DNA of 64,000 nt. Origin: an uncultured Phycisphaerales bacterium. GTDB lineage: Bacteria > Planctomycetota > Phycisphaerae > Tepidisphaerales > Tepidisphaeraceae. The stretch is taken from assembly GCA_963758525.1 (NCBI GenBank), contig CAVWVQ010000005.1, positions 224,001 to 288,000 of the forward strand, read 5' to 3'. Both the position numbers and the translations under genes were made by a program. The notes beneath the pieces were generated by a model that was not told the DNA's origin, made no database searches, and saw nothing but the letters and a program-made list of their open reading frames with translations. Each line of letters opens with the position of its first letter. Positions within the stretch are counted from its first letter, which is position 1. This document shows, piece by piece, positions 10,061 to 23,399 of this stretch.

Positions 10061-11242
10061 ATGCGTATCGGAAATCACCACATTGACGCCCCTTTCTGCC
10101 AGGCTGGCCTGGCCGGGTACAGCGACCGCGCCATGCGGCTTGTCGCGAGACGGCGCGGATGTCCGTATGCGGTCACCGAGGCGTTGCTCGATGTGATTCT
10201 CCTCAACGGCGGAGAAGGGCTTCGGAGATCCATCGACATCAACGACGAAGATCATCCCATCGCCGGTCAGATCATGGGGAGCGAGCCGGAGACGATGGCG
10301 CGGGCCGCCGTCATTGTCTGGGAGGCTGGATACGATGTGATCGATCTCAATTTCGCCTGTCCGGTGAAGAAGATCAAAAACAAAGCGCGTGGCGGTCATA
10401 TGCTGATGGACGTGCCGCGGGCCCTGGCCATCCTTCGCGCCGTCCGCGATGCGCTGCCGGCAGACGCGCCGACGACCGTGAAGCTTCGCCGCGGCTTCGA
10501 TGATTCCCGCGAATCCGAAGAGCGCTTCCTTCAGATTCTCGATGCGGCCTGGGACCTTGGATATGCCGCCGTCTGCGTGCACGGGCGAACCGTCGAGCAG
10601 AAGTACGTGGGCCCGAGCCGTTGGTCATTTCTCACGGACCTCAAGCAACTCTATCCGCGCCGCACGATTCTCGGCAGCGGCGACGTCTTCACCGCTGAGG
10701 ACGCGGTGCGCATGCTTCGCGAGACGAAGGTCGACGGCGCATGGATCGCGCACGGCGCGATCGGCAATCCGTGGATCTTTCAGCAGGCACGCGAGCTGAT
10801 TCGATCAGATCAACCGGCGCCTGCGCGTGAGTCGTTGGTCGATGACGCGTGTGATCCGCGTCATTTCCCCTCCCCCGGTGTACCAGGGGAAGGGGAAAGC
10901 ACATCCGCTGCGGAAGCTGCCTCGGTGATGTCACGCACGTTCGATCCCCCGTCACTCCTCGCCCAGCGTGACGCGCTGCAGGAACATTTTCAGATCGCGA
11001 TGGAAATCCACGGCGAGCAGCTTGCCGGACGGCGGATGCGGAAGATGGGGATCAAGTACAGCCGATTTCATCCCCTTGCGGGAGACGTGAAAGCCGCGTT
11101 TATCGATGTGAAGAGCCTCCGCGACTGGACCGCGGTTCTCGATCGTTTTTATGCCGGCGATGGTCCGGGCGTCTGGCCTGATCCCCGGTCCGCTGACGAA
11201 GTTAACGCTGGCGCGGGCATGCAGACTTGCGAGGTGGCCTGA
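10061..11242 (+). CDS. dus: tRNA-dihydrouridine synthase
   Basis: IDLNFACPVKK, VKLRRG, VHGRT, GSGDV, GAIGNPWIF. Confidence 0.88.
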   Translation: MRIGNHHIDAPFCQAGLAGYSDRAMRLVARRRGCPYAVTEALLDVILLNGGEGLRRSIDINDEDHPIAGQIMGSEPETMARAAVIVWEAGYDVIDLNFACPVKKIKNKARGGHMLMDVPRALAILRAVRDALPADAPTTVKLRRGFDDSRESEERFLQILDAAWDLGYAAVCVHGRTVEQKYVGPSRWSFLTDLKQLYPRRTILGSGDVFTAEDAVRMLRETKVDGAWIAHGAIGNPWIFQQARELIRSDQPAPARESLVDDACDPRHFPSPGVPGEGESTSAAEAASVMSRTFDPPSLLAQRDALQEHFQIAMEIHGEQLAGRRMRKMGIKYSRFHPLAGDVKAAFIDVKSLRDWTAVLDRFYAGDGPGVWPDPRSADEVNAGAGMQTCEVA

Positions 11243-11415
11243 TGGATCGCTCCGACTCTGACGATCTCAAATACGCTTCCGGAGCCAACGGCGAAGAGCC
11301 GGACGGGCCTCCCTACAAGCCCACGCAGGCCGACCGCCGCACGATCTTCATCATCATCACCGTATGCGCGGTGCTGATCGTGCTTTTCATGTTGTTCATT
11401 CTGCGGATCTTCTGA
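11242..11415 (+). CDS. Small single-TM membrane protein
   Basis: TGATG coupling to dus stop; hydrophobic C-terminus. Confidence 0.6.
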   Translation: MDRSDSDDLKYASGANGEEPDGPPYKPTQADRRTIFIIITVCAVLIVLFMLFILRIF

Positions 11416-11684
11416 TGCACTCGCGCACGCCGCCACGCAATCGACTGGCCAAGGTCCTGCCGGAGGAGTGGCGCAAGGCGCTTCTGGAGCACGGGTGCGC
11501 AAAGCGAAAGTACACGGCCGTTTGCCGGGCCACACTGGTTTCGGGACGGATCATCGAGCAACTCATTATCGAGGAGGGGTGGATTATCGCGCTGGACAAA
11601 TCCGGACTGGGCGGAACGTTTGAGAAGCGGATCGATTTCGATCCGCGCACGATCGCGGCGCTGGAAGTGTTGCAGGTGGTTTAG
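11415..11684 (+). CDS. Hypothetical protein
   Basis: TGATG coupling to the upstream ORF; host-like codon usage. Confidence 0.6.
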   Translation: MHSRTPPRNRLAKVLPEEWRKALLEHGCAKRKYTAVCRATLVSGRIIEQLIIEEGWIIALDKSGLGGTFEKRIDFDPRTIAALEVLQVV

Positions 11685-11710
11685 AGGCGGCTGCCTCTCG
11701 CGTCAGCGCA

Positions 11711-12019
11711 TCAAGACCCGCGCTTGCTCCAATAGCCTGGCCGCCGCCTCGTATATGCGATGGCTAACACCAGCAACTCGTGTTCGCGGATCTCATAGAC
11801 CACAGCGAATGGGAATCCATCAAGCAGACGCCGACGCACCTTGCGCGACCCGCGATATGCAGGGATTACCGCAGCAAGCGATGGGCGCTCTGCAATTGCC
11901 GACGAAGCATCAGCTGCAGCTTTAATAAATCGATCCCCCAGACCTGCCTGACGATCTTCATCCCACTGCGCCGCCTCATCAAGTTTCTCGGCCGCTGCCG
12001 GCAAGAATCGAACGGTCAT
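11711..12019 (-). CDS. RelE/ParE family toxin
   Basis: GLGDRFI, RRRLLDGFPFAVVY, VLAIAYTRRRPGYW. Confidence 0.85.
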   Translation of the reverse strand: MTVRFLPAAAEKLDEAAQWDEDRQAGLGDRFIKAAADASSAIAERPSLAAVIPAYRGSRKVRRRLLDGFPFAVVYEIREHELLVLAIAYTRRRPGYWSKRGS

Positions 12020-12105
12020 TCAGGCCTGTCGCGCCGAAGCAATGCGCGCACGGATGAACACTTGTTCTGCATCCAATGCCTTCAGTCCCCCCTGCTCATA
12101 CGCTA

Positions 12106-13335
12106 GTGGCCCCGCTACGAAGTCGTGCAAGAAATTGAGGCCACGTGTTCGGCGTACCATCGTCTCATCCGCTCGTTGGTCCAGGTCCACTGGAACGGAT
12201 GAGCATACCGCCGATTGTACTCGTCGGACGCGGCAGTTACATGGTCGATGAAATGCTGGCGATCTTCCCAGGAGCCGCGGCGAAGGTAGTGCAAGCCGAA
12301 GTTGTCGACCAGCAACTCCGCTTGGTTGAGCCATGAGGCGTGAGCGGGGGTAAAGCGGGGCCGCCACCAGTGATGACACTGGGCCCAATACGCGGCGGTC
12401 TCGCCCGAGGTATGACTGGGATCTCCGTCCTGAATCAAGAACACTCCGTGAAGACCGCGATGGCGGCTGCGGAACCTTCGCAGTTGTTCGATGTAATGTT
12501 CGGCATCCTTCTTTGCCACCACGGCGGACTCCATCCGTCCGCTATGGAGGATCAGGAACAGGAGCAGATTGACGGTCCCATGCCGGGTGTACTCAAACTC
12601 CTGCTGCTCAATCGAGCCGGGAATGGCTGGCCGGATCGGCTTTCGTTCCAGGACCTGGTGGTTGGGGACTTCGTCAACCGCGACGGTCCAGACGCCCAGG
12701 TGGGCCAAATGGGCCGCTTGGGCATAGCACCAGAGCACTTTTTCCGCACGCTGCTTAAACAATGGATCGAGTCGGGCGGTTCGCCAGTACCGGGTGCGAT
12801 GCGGTTGCAAGTTCACGTCCTGCAGGATTCGCCGGACCATACTGGGGCTGATGGTGTCGACGATTCCGTCGACGACGGCCTGATGAGCCAGGTCGGCGCT
12901 GGTCCAATGAGTCATGTGCAACCCCTCGGCAATCGGCTCCAGGCAGGCCAACTCGACAATCCGCGCCCTTTGGAGGGGGGAAAGCTGCTGGGGCCGGCCC
13001 GAGCGAGGCTGGTCCGCCAACAGTTGATCAATGCCGCTGCGCTCATACCGCCGGCAGAGTCGCCAGATGGTTGAAGGGTCGCAATGGAGGTCGGATGCGA
13101 TGGTCGCAATGCATTGGCCGCCCGCGACTGCCAGGACCGCGCGGGCATGCTGCACTTGGAAGAAAGGCCGGCTCCGACTTCGGGAAACGCACTCGAGTGC
13201 CCGAACATCGTCTGCGGAAAGAATCAGCGGACAAGGCCTTCGACCGCGCATGGAAAATCCTCCGTGAATAACAAAAAGAATCCATTTACTATCTTAGCAC
13301 TGCTAATTTCTTGCAGGACTTCGTAGCAGGGCCAC
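12106..13335 (-). mobile_element. IS630-family insertion sequence, copy 1
   Basis: 31-bp terminal inverted repeats GTGGCCCYGCTACGAAGTCSTGCAAGAAATT; CTAG at both junctions (TA duplication). Confidence 0.93.
12115..13251 (-). CDS. IS630 DDE transposase
   Basis: N-terminal HTH, PRSGRP, VDE / QDGD / SWLNQAE triad. Confidence 0.92.
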   Translation of the reverse strand: MRGRRPCPLILSADDVRALECVSRSRSRPFFQVQHARAVLAVAGGQCIATIASDLHCDPSTIWRLCRRYERSGIDQLLADQPRSGRPQQLSPLQRARIVELACLEPIAEGLHMTHWTSADLAHQAVVDGIVDTISPSMVRRILQDVNLQPHRTRYWRTARLDPLFKQRAEKVLWCYAQAAHLAHLGVWTVAVDEVPNHQVLERKPIRPAIPGSIEQQEFEYTRHGTVNLLLFLILHSGRMESAVVAKKDAEHYIEQLRRFRSRHRGLHGVFLIQDGDPSHTSGETAAYWAQCHHWWRPRFTPAHASWLNQAELLVDNFGLHYLRRGSWEDRQHFIDHVTAASDEYNRRYAHPFQWTWTNERMRRWYAEHVASISCTTS

Positions 13336-13665
13336 TAGAGCCCTTGATTCGATTTCGTTAGCCCAGATCTGATCCGCATCAGCATCGACCGGTTCGTTGT
13401 CGAGGCTTTCCAACAGCTTTCGAGCGATGTCCGCCCGTTGTCAGGGCGGGCAGCACCAAGGCGCCTTCAAGAACTTCAGCATCCGTCAAAATAATCTCCA
13501 GCTTGGCAACCGGTATCTGATCCGTCAAGCAAATTCGACCGTCAGGGCCTCATTCATCGACAAACTTCTGCAGTTTCAACTAGAAGCATGAACCACCCTT
13601 CGCAATCGCTTTTACGGCGAACCGCGGCATGCTAAGTTGATCTCAGCAAACGAGGGGCTGACGGC

Positions 13666-15671
<2,006 letters not shown>

Positions 15672-15728
15672 ACCCCGTCTCTACCCAGGTGCTATGATGT
15701 GCTCATTCAGCAACGGAAGGATGAAATC

Positions 15729-17381
15729 ATGGAATTCGAAACTCAATCGATCACAGAGCGCCCGGCATGGAACGCGCTTCAGGCGCATTGCCAAGCCGCG
15801 GGAAAGACTCACTTGCGTGATTTGTTCGCAGAGGATCCGTCGCGCGGCGAGCGCCTCGCCACGGAAGCCGTCGGCATCTACCTCGACTATTCGAAAAATC
15901 GCGTCACCGGTGCAACGCTCAAGCTTCTGCTGCAACTCGCGGAAGAAACCGGCCTGCGGGGCCGGATCGACGCCATGTTCCGCGGTGAGAAGATCAACGT
16001 CACCGAAGGCCGCGCGGTGCTGCACATCGCCCTGCGATCGCCAAAAGGTGCTTCAATCATCGTAGACGGCCAGAACGTCGTCCCGCAGGTGCATGCGGTG
16101 CTCGACAAGATGGCCGAATTTTGCAATCGCGTTCGAAGCGGTTCATGGGTCGGTCACACGGGCAAGCGCATTGTCAATATCGTCAACATCGGCATCGGCG
16201 GATCGGATCTCGGGCCGGTGATGGCCTACGAGGCGCTGCGGCATTACAGCGATCGCGGGATCAACTTCCGCTTCGTCTCCAACGTCGACGGAACCGATGT
16301 TGCCGAGGCCACGCGCGATCTCGATCCGGCCGAAACATTGTTCATCGTTTCCTCGAAGACGTTCACAACGCTCGAAACCATGACCAACGCCCAGAGCGCC
16401 CGCGAGTGGTTGCTGAAGGGTCTTTCCGGCGACGCGAAAGCCGTGGCGAAGCACTTCGTCGCGGTTTCGACGAACGGCAAGAAGGTCGCGGAATTCGGCA
16501 TCGACACCGCCAACATGTTCGGCTTCTGGGACTGGGTCGGCGGCCGATACTCCTTGGATTCAGCGATCGGCCTCTCCACGATGCTCGCCATCGGCCCTGA
16601 CACGTTCCGAAGCATGCTCGACGGCTTCCATCAGATGGACGAACACTTCCGTACGGCTCCGTTCGACCGGAATTTGCCGGTGCTCATGGGCCTGTTGAGC
16701 ATCTGGAACAACAATTTTCTCGGTGCGCAAACGACTGCCGTGCTCCCCTACGAGCAATACCTCAAGCGTTTCCCCGCCTACCTGCAGCAGTTGACGATGG
16801 AGAGCAATGGCAAGCAAGTGACGCTTTCAGGCCAGAGAGTGACCTACGATACGGGCCCGATCTATTGGGGCGAGCCGGGCACGAACGGACAGCATTCCTT
16901 CTACCAATTGATTCACCAGGGAACGCGACTCATTCCCTGCGACTTCATCGCGTTCGTGGAAACGCTTAACCCAATCGGCCACCATCACGACATCCTGCTG
17001 GCGAACGTATTCGCACAGAGCGAGGCGCTCGCCTTCGGAAAGACGCTGGCCCAGGTGAAGGCGGAGGGAACGCCCGACGCGATCGCCCCGCATCGCGTGT
17101 TCGAGGGCAACCGTCCGTCTAACACAATTTTGGCGCAGCGGCTCACGCCGGAGACGCTCGGCAAACTCGTCGCCCTCTACGAACACAGCGTCTTCACGCA
17201 AGGAGCGATCTGGGATATCGATTCGTTCGATCAATGGGGCGTCGAACTCGGCAAGGTGTTGGCGCAGCGCATTATCCCCGAGTTGCAAACTGATTCCGAT
17301 TCCCAACTCGGGCATGACAGTTCGACGAACGCATTGATACGCCGATACCGGCAGCTGAAGACAGGGAAATCGTCAACGTAA
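15729..17381 (+). CDS. pgi: Glucose-6-phosphate isomerase
   Basis: [30 protein letters not shown]. Confidence 0.97.
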   Translation: MEFETQSITERPAWNALQAHCQAAGKTHLRDLFAEDPSRGERLATEAVGIYLDYSKNRVTGATLKLLLQLAEETGLRGRIDAMFRGEKINVTEGRAVLHIALRSPKGASIIVDGQNVVPQVHAVLDKMAEFCNRVRSGSWVGHTGKRIVNIVNIGIGGSDLGPVMAYEALRHYSDRGINFRFVSNVDGTDVAEATRDLDPAETLFIVSSKTFTTLETMTNAQSAREWLLKGLSGDAKAVAKHFVAVSTNGKKVAEFGIDTANMFGFWDWVGGRYSLDSAIGLSTMLAIGPDTFRSMLDGFHQMDEHFRTAPFDRNLPVLMGLLSIWNNNFLGAQTTAVLPYEQYLKRFPAYLQQLTMESNGKQVTLSGQRVTYDTGPIYWGEPGTNGQHSFYQLIHQGTRLIPCDFIAFVETLNPIGHHHDILLANVFAQSEALAFGKTLAQVKAEGTPDAIAPHRVFEGNRPSNTILAQRLTPETLGKLVALYEHSVFTQGAIWDIDSFDQWGVELGKVLAQRIIPELQTDSDSQLGHDSSTNALIRRYRQLKTGKSST

Positions 17382-17431
17382 TTACGTGCAACCATCGCCA
17401 CCTGCGAAAGGCTTACGTCGGATTAGCATGT

Positions 17432-17500
17432 GTAGGGCGGGATTCATCCCGCCGCATTTTGTCAGCATCTCAAACCGCGGCGGGATGAATCCCGCCCTAC
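17432..17500. repeat. Inverted pair of GTAG-type REPs (BIME/REPIN-like)
   Basis: GTAGGGCGGGATTCATCCCGCCGC at 17432-17455 and its exact reverse complement at 17477-17500. Confidence 0.88.
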
Positions 17501-17564
17501 GGTCGATCGATCAACCGGCAGCGTCTGATCGAACGATACACGAGTGCCCTCGCTGGGCGCGGCT

Positions 17565-17976
17565 TCATTCTGCCTCGGAGACAATTTGATTCGGGTCCCG
17601 CGGCACCAGCCGTTGGCCTACGCAATCCACGAGAAAATCCAGTTCTTCGAGCACGATCGCGCCGATCAGGATCGATTCCCGGTCGGGCTCGACGATCGCG
17701 CTAAAAACACTTTCGCGGCCGCCGTACGTGAGAAGAATATCCTTCACGATCGTTCGTTCGGCAGTGCGGCCGTCCGCGTAGCGCACCTTCGCGCTTCCCT
17801 TGGTTTCCAACCCGAGTTGGTCCGCAATTTTTGCCGGAATGACGAGGCGCGTAGCACCGCTGTCAACGACTCCGCGCACGCACGCGGCGCACCTGCTCCG
17901 GCGTGATCAGCCCGGCCCTCGCGCGAAAAAGATCTTCCTGATTGGCCAAATCCACTTCGACCGCGAAACGCCCCAT
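17565..17976 (-). CDS. Clan AA aspartic protease (frameshift ~17880)
   Basis: MGRFAVEVDLAN start; VDSGAT catalytic motif; ILIGAIVLEELDF. Confidence 0.8.
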
Positions 17977-18102
17977 GATCGGCTCCGTTGTGGTAATCAT
18001 TGCAACTCCAGTTCGCGGCAACTCGCCCGGTATGTACTCGGCTTCCGATTATCCCCTCCTTGAGTAATAAAACGGTAACATTCCCTCCCAAGGAGAAACG
18101 CA

Positions 18103-19476
18103 ATGGTTCCTTCGCATTCCGATGCACTCGTTTTCTTCGGCGCGACCGGAGACCTGGCATATAAGAAGATCTTTCCTTCGCTGCAATGCATGATCAAACG
18201 CGGCACGCTCAGCGTTCCGATCGTTGGCGTTGCGAAGGCCGGTTGGGATCTCGACAAGCTCAAGGCGCGCGCCCGCGACAGCCTCGAAAAGCACGGCGGC
18301 GTGGATGCCGCGGCGTTCAAAACGATGTGCGAATTGTTGCGATATGTTGACGGCGACTATGAATCGCCGGCGACTTTCGCCGCGCTGAGGGAGGCGCTCG
18401 GAGCCGCGCGGCGGCCCGCGCACTACCTGGCCATCCCGCCCGCGCTCTTTGATCTGGTTGTCGACCAGCTCGGTAGATCCGGCTGCGCCAAAGACGCCCG
18501 CGTCATTATCGAGAAACCTTTCGGCCGTGATCTGGCGTCTGCTATTGCGCTGAATCGCACGCTGCTGGCGCATTTCGAAGAGGGGGCAATCTTCCGCATC
18601 GATCACTACCTGGGCAAAACCCCCGTCCGCAACCTTCTCTACTTCCGCTTTGCCAATGAGATCCTCGAGCCGATTTGGAATCGCCAGCATGTTGCAAGCG
18701 TGCAGATCACCATGGCCGAAAGCTTCGGCGTGCAGGGACGCGGCGCATTTTACGACCAGGTCGGCGCCATCCGCGACGTGGTGCAGAATCACATGCTGCA
18801 GATTGTCGCCCACCTGGCGATGGAGCCGCCGGCCGGGACGGATGCCGAGTCGGTTCGCGACGAGAAGGTAAAGGTGCTCAAAGCGATGGCTCCCTTGGAT
18901 CCGAGCCGTGTCGTCCGCGGCCAATTCCGCGGGTATCGCAGTGAGCCTGGCGTTGCGCCGGACTCGCACACCGAAACATTCGCCGCGGTCCGGTTTGAGA
19001 TTAACTCGTGGCGATGGAAGGGCGTGCCATTTCTGGTCCGCGCTGGAAAGAGTCTGGCGGTGTCGTGTACCGAAGTGATGGTTGAATTTCGCCAGCCCCC
19101 GGCGATTTATTCGTCGAAGCCATCACCGGCCAACTACTTCCGGTTTCGCATCAGCCCCGATATCGCGATCGCGCTGGGCACGCAGGTCTTGGAGGAGAGC
19201 GATCCGGTCGCGGGACGAACAGTCGAATTGACTGTGACCCAGGACGCCCGCGCGGCCGGCATGGAGGCGTATGAACGGCTCCTGCACGACGCCATGAAGG
19301 GCGATGCCACGCTCTTCGCCCGGGAAGATTCCGTCGAGCAGGCCTGGCGTGTGGTCGAGCCGGTCTTGGGAACTGCGACGCCCCTCTTTGAATACGATCC
19401 CAACACCTGGGGGCCTGCGGAAGCCCAGCAAATCACCGCCGGCCACAGCCCCTGGCACGATCCGAAGGTAACTTGA
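18103..19476 (+). CDS. zwf: Glucose-6-phosphate 1-dehydrogenase
   Basis: [32 protein letters not shown]. Confidence 0.96.
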   Translation: MVPSHSDALVFFGATGDLAYKKIFPSLQCMIKRGTLSVPIVGVAKAGWDLDKLKARARDSLEKHGGVDAAAFKTMCELLRYVDGDYESPATFAALREALGAARRPAHYLAIPPALFDLVVDQLGRSGCAKDARVIIEKPFGRDLASAIALNRTLLAHFEEGAIFRIDHYLGKTPVRNLLYFRFANEILEPIWNRQHVASVQITMAESFGVQGRGAFYDQVGAIRDVVQNHMLQIVAHLAMEPPAGTDAESVRDEKVKVLKAMAPLDPSRVVRGQFRGYRSEPGVAPDSHTETFAAVRFEINSWRWKGVPFLVRAGKSLAVSCTEVMVEFRQPPAIYSSKPSPANYFRFRISPDIAIALGTQVLEESDPVAGRTVELTVTQDARAAGMEAYERLLHDAMKGDATLFAREDSVEQAWRVVEPVLGTATPLFEYDPNTWGPAEAQQITAGHSPWHDPKVT

Positions 19477-19718
19477 TGGTGCGGACCCCAGTTCATCCAA
19501 GCTGCCTCATGATGCCGGCAGACATCCGGCCGCGGTCCCGGTTGTGTGAGCGGAATCTTCAGTAACTCCCCAGGCGATCGGACGGAACGTTCTCGCACAT
19601 TTTTCTGAGAATTGTTACTCATCCATCGAATCTGGTGCTAGAGTTTCCCCATTGGCGGCTGAAGGCGGTTCAGACGTCGCATTCCTTTAGCTGGGGGACA
19701 CATTGTTGGAGGTACGCT

Positions 19719-21218
19719 ATGTCGTTGGCAACGTTCCCGATTCTTCGCCCCGTTGAGAATTTCATCGGAACCCCGCGCAAAATGCTCATCGATGGGCAAT
19801 GGATCGCGGCTCAGAGCGGCAAGACGTTTGACGTGTTCAACCCTGCGACGGGAGAAGTGCTCGCGCGTGTGGCGGAGGGAGATCGCGCGGATATCGATCG
19901 GGCAGTAAAAGCCGCCCGAGCCGCGTTTGAGTCGGGGCCATGGCACACCATGACGCACTCGGCGCGGGCACGGCTGATGTGGAAGCTTGCCGATCTGATC
20001 GAGGAGCATACCGACGAGCTGGCGCAGCTTGAATCACTCGACAATGGCAAGCCCTTCGCTGTCGCCAAGGCTGCCGACGTTCCGCTGGCCGCGGAACTGT
20101 TTCGCTATATGGCCGGATGGGTCACCAAGCTCGACGGCTCCACGCTGTCGCTCTCGGTCCCCTACATGCCCGGGTCGATGTTTCACGCGTACACGATGCG
20201 GGAGCCGGTTGGTGTCGTCGGCCAGATCATCCCGTGGAATTTTCCCCTGCTGATGGCGGCCTGGAAGCTGGGTCCCGCGCTTGCCACGGGCTGCACCATC
20301 GTGCTCAAGCCCGCGGAGCAGACGCCTCTGTCGGCTTTGCGTCTCGGCGAGTTGTTCGAAGAAGCCGGCTTCCCGAAAGGCGTGGTCAACATCGTCCCCG
20401 GTTTCGGCGAAACCGCCGGGGCGGCGCTGGCGGCGCACGACGGAGTCGACAAGATCGCCTTCACCGGCTCGACCGAGGTAGGCAAGCTGATTGTCAGGGC
20501 CGCCGCGGGCAATCTCAAAAAGGTGACACTCGAACTGGGCGGGAAGAGCCCCAATATCGTCTTTGCCGACAGCGATGTGGACAGCGCCATCGCGGGCGCC
20601 GCCAGCGCGATCTTCTTCAATCACGGGCAATGCTGTTGTGCCGGCTCGCGATTGTTCGTCGAGAAGAGCATTTACGATCGCGTCGTGGAAGGAGTCGCGG
20701 CGGCCGCGAAGAAGATCAAGGTCGCGCCGGGCCTCGATCCGCAGTGCCAGATGGGCCCGCTGGTTTCGCAGGAGCAACTCGATCGCGTTACCGGATACCT
20801 CGAGTCCGGCCGGGAGCAGGGGGCGGAGTTTGTCACCGGCGGACATCGCGTGGGCAACAGCGGATACTTCGTCGAGCCGACGGTTCTGGCGAAAACCAAC
20901 GACGACATGAAAGTCATCCGCGAAGAAATCTTCGGCCCCGTCGTGGCGGCGATGCCTTTCAAAGACATCGAAGAAGTGGCGCGCACCGCCAACAATTCCA
21001 TCTACGGTTTGGCCGCCGGGATCTGGACGCGCGATACGAGCAAGGCGCACCGGCTGGCCTCGCGCATCCGCGCCGGCACCGTCTGGATTAACTGCTACAA
21101 CGTCTTCGACGCCGCCCTTCCCTTCGGCGGCTACAAGCAGTCCGGCTGGGGCCGGGAAATGGGCAAGGAAGCGTTGGAGCTTTACACGGAAACCAAGGCG
21201 GTCTGTATGCAGATTTGA
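19719..21218 (+). CDS. NAD-dependent aldehyde dehydrogenase
   Basis: PWNFP, FTGSTEVG, LELGGKS, GQCCCAGSR, EEIFGP; GGAGG RBS. Confidence 0.95.
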   Translation: MSLATFPILRPVENFIGTPRKMLIDGQWIAAQSGKTFDVFNPATGEVLARVAEGDRADIDRAVKAARAAFESGPWHTMTHSARARLMWKLADLIEEHTDELAQLESLDNGKPFAVAKAADVPLAAELFRYMAGWVTKLDGSTLSLSVPYMPGSMFHAYTMREPVGVVGQIIPWNFPLLMAAWKLGPALATGCTIVLKPAEQTPLSALRLGELFEEAGFPKGVVNIVPGFGETAGAALAAHDGVDKIAFTGSTEVGKLIVRAAAGNLKKVTLELGGKSPNIVFADSDVDSAIAGAASAIFFNHGQCCCAGSRLFVEKSIYDRVVEGVAAAAKKIKVAPGLDPQCQMGPLVSQEQLDRVTGYLESGREQGAEFVTGGHRVGNSGYFVEPTVLAKTNDDMKVIREEIFGPVVAAMPFKDIEEVARTANNSIYGLAAGIWTRDTSKAHRLASRIRAGTVWINCYNVFDAALPFGGYKQSGWGREMGKEALELYTETKAVCMQI

Positions 21219-21240
21219 GCGTCATGCAATCGCCAAAGAA

Positions 21241-21266
21241 AATCCCTCCGACGCTGCGGAGGGATT
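21241..21266. terminator. Hairpin between convergent ALDH and rpsA
   Basis: AATCCCTCCG-ACGCTG-CGGAGGGATT perfect 10-bp stem. Confidence 0.7.
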
Positions 21267-21300
21267 ATCGTTGACAGATAACGAGCACGAACGCGATCGC

Positions 21301-23097
21301 TTACTCCTCGTCCTTCAACTGAATATCTCCCAGGCCTCGGCTCTCTTCGCCGCCTTCCAGACCGCCGCGGAGACCGCGACGATCGGCTCGCTGCGAGCGG
21401 GCTTCTTCCCGGGCCACTTCCTCGGCGGCCCACTGGGCGCGCTTCAGAGACAGGCCGATCTTCCGCTCCTCACTGTCGACGCGAAGAATCTTCACCTCGA
21501 CCGGCTGACCAACCTTGAGATTGTCCTCGGGCTTGTCGACCTTCTGATCGCTGATCTCGCTGATGTGCAGCAAACCTTCGAGACCGGCCTCGAGCTCGAC
21601 GAACACGCCGAAGTTGGCGATCTTCGTGACCGTGCCCGCGACGACCATGCCCGGCCGGTAGTTGGCGGGGATGACCGTCGTCCACGGATCTTCCTGCATC
21701 TGTTTGAGCCCCAACGCGATGCGCTGCTTCTCCTGATCGACACTGAGGACCACCGCGCGAACGTTTTCGCCCTTTTTGAGCACTTCGCTGGGATGGCCAA
21801 TCTTTTTGGTCCATGACAGATCGCTGACGTGAAGCAGGCCGTCGATCCCTTCTTCGATCTCGACGAATGCGCCGTAGTTGGCGATGTTGCGAACTTTGCC
21901 TTCGACGACCGAGCCGGGCGGATACTTCTCGGCAACACGTTCCCAGGGGTTCTCCTCGACTTGTTTCATCCCCAGCGAGATCTCCTGCTTCTCCTTATTG
22001 ATCTCAAGAACCTTGACTTGCACTTTCTGATTCTGCGAGACCACCTCGCTGGGATGATTGATGCGCTTGGTCCAGCTCATCTCACTGATGTGGACCAATC
22101 CCTCGACGCCTTCTTCCAGTTTGCAGAACGCGCCGTAGGACATGATGTTGACCACTTCCGCGTCGTGCACGCTGCCGACCGGGTACTTCTGCTCGATGTT
22201 TTCCCACGGGCTGGCGTCCTTCTGCTTGAGGCCCAGGGCGATCTTTTCCTTCTCTTTATCGATCGATAGCACCTTGACCTCGATCTCCTGATCGATCTTG
22301 AGCATATCGCTGGGATGATTCACCCGGCCCCACGACATGTCGGTGATGTGGAGCAAACCATCGATGCCGCCAAGGTCGATGAACGCGCCGAAGTCGGCAA
22401 TGTTCTTGACCGTTCCCTTGCGGACCGAGCCGACGGTCAGGCCTTCGATTGTCTTGCGTTTGAGATCTTCGCGCTGCTGCTCGATCAGCTTGCGGCGGGA
22501 GATCACGATGTTGCGGCGCTCTTCATCGATTTTCAAGATGACCGCGTCGATCGATCGGCCGATCCAATCGCTGATCTCGCCGGGCCGCCGGATGTCCACC
22601 TGGCTGGCAGGAAGGAAGACGGGAACGCCGATGTCTACCAGCAGACCGCCCTTGATCTTCTTGGTCACCTTGCCGGAGACCGGGTCGCCCTCCTTCTTCG
22701 ACTTCATGATCGCTTCCCAATTGATGATGCGATCAGCTTTGCGTTTGGAGATTTTGACCAGACCGGTGTCCCCCTCGACATCTTCCAGCAATACCTTCAC
22801 GGGATCGCCGACCTTGACGTTCTCCGGCTCGTCGAACTCGGTTTTATCCAGCACACCTTCGCTCTTGAGCCCCAGCTCGACGACAAAATCGTCGCCCACC
22901 ACACTGCTGATGCGCCCTTTGAGGATCGCGCCGGGGGTGAAGTCCTGCACTTCGTCGTTGCCGACGAGCTTGCTGAGATCGATGTCCATCGCGCCATCGG
23001 TGTCGCGTGTCACGGCGTCCGGAAGTGCGGTGGCAACAGCACTGTCTACCTCGGCGTCAATATTTCCCAGAGAATGAATCAGGTTGTAATCGACCAT
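21301..23097 (-). CDS. rpsA: 30S ribosomal protein S1
   Basis: Six S1 repeats (FLPASQ, DGLLHITDMSW, EGLVHISEMSW). Confidence 0.96.
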   Translation of the reverse strand: MVDYNLIHSLGNIDAEVDSAVATALPDAVTRDTDGAMDIDLSKLVGNDEVQDFTPGAILKGRISSVVGDDFVVELGLKSEGVLDKTEFDEPENVKVGDPVKVLLEDVEGDTGLVKISKRKADRIINWEAIMKSKKEGDPVSGKVTKKIKGGLLVDIGVPVFLPASQVDIRRPGEISDWIGRSIDAVILKIDEERRNIVISRRKLIEQQREDLKRKTIEGLTVGSVRKGTVKNIADFGAFIDLGGIDGLLHITDMSWGRVNHPSDMLKIDQEIEVKVLSIDKEKEKIALGLKQKDASPWENIEQKYPVGSVHDAEVVNIMSYGAFCKLEEGVEGLVHISEMSWTKRINHPSEVVSQNQKVQVKVLEINKEKQEISLGMKQVEENPWERVAEKYPPGSVVEGKVRNIANYGAFVEIEEGIDGLLHVSDLSWTKKIGHPSEVLKKGENVRAVVLSVDQEKQRIALGLKQMQEDPWTTVIPANYRPGMVVAGTVTKIANFGVFVELEAGLEGLLHISEISDQKVDKPEDNLKVGQPVEVKILRVDSEERKIGLSLKRAQWAAEEVAREEARSQRADRRGLRGGLEGGEESRGLGDIQLKDEE

Positions 23098-23399
23098 AGG
23101 AACCGTAAGGGGCAAATGCGTTTGCCCGACCTCTGTTATGCGTGGCCCAATTGAAGTATGAATCACCCGCGTCCACGCGGCGCAGGCGCTCCGATCATCC
23201 GTTCGATGGTGGGGGACCTTCCGCCCGCCAGACGAAACGAAATAGTATACCGAGGCATCAATCCGCACGCCAGCGCGATGGTGAACGGGTTGAGGGTCCC
23301 TTTGAAATGACACGCGTTGCTTGATTTTGCCTCCGGTGCGACAACAATCGCGTACAAGTCAATCGTTTTGATGCGTTTGGGCCTTCAAATGGATTCTCG

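Larger units (their letters stand above)
12020..13489 (-). pseudogene. Addiction-module antitoxin (TIGR02574-like) interrupted by IS630
   Basis: Removing the IS joins QRADIARKLLESLD...IWANEIESRAL|AYEQGGLKALDAEQVF; stop abuts the toxin ATG; extra indel ~13440. Confidence 0.82.

Noticed and set aside
19480..19718. Riboswitch upstream of the aldehyde dehydrogenase
   Set aside because: No known aptamer consensus recognisable by eye; a covariance-model search would be needed
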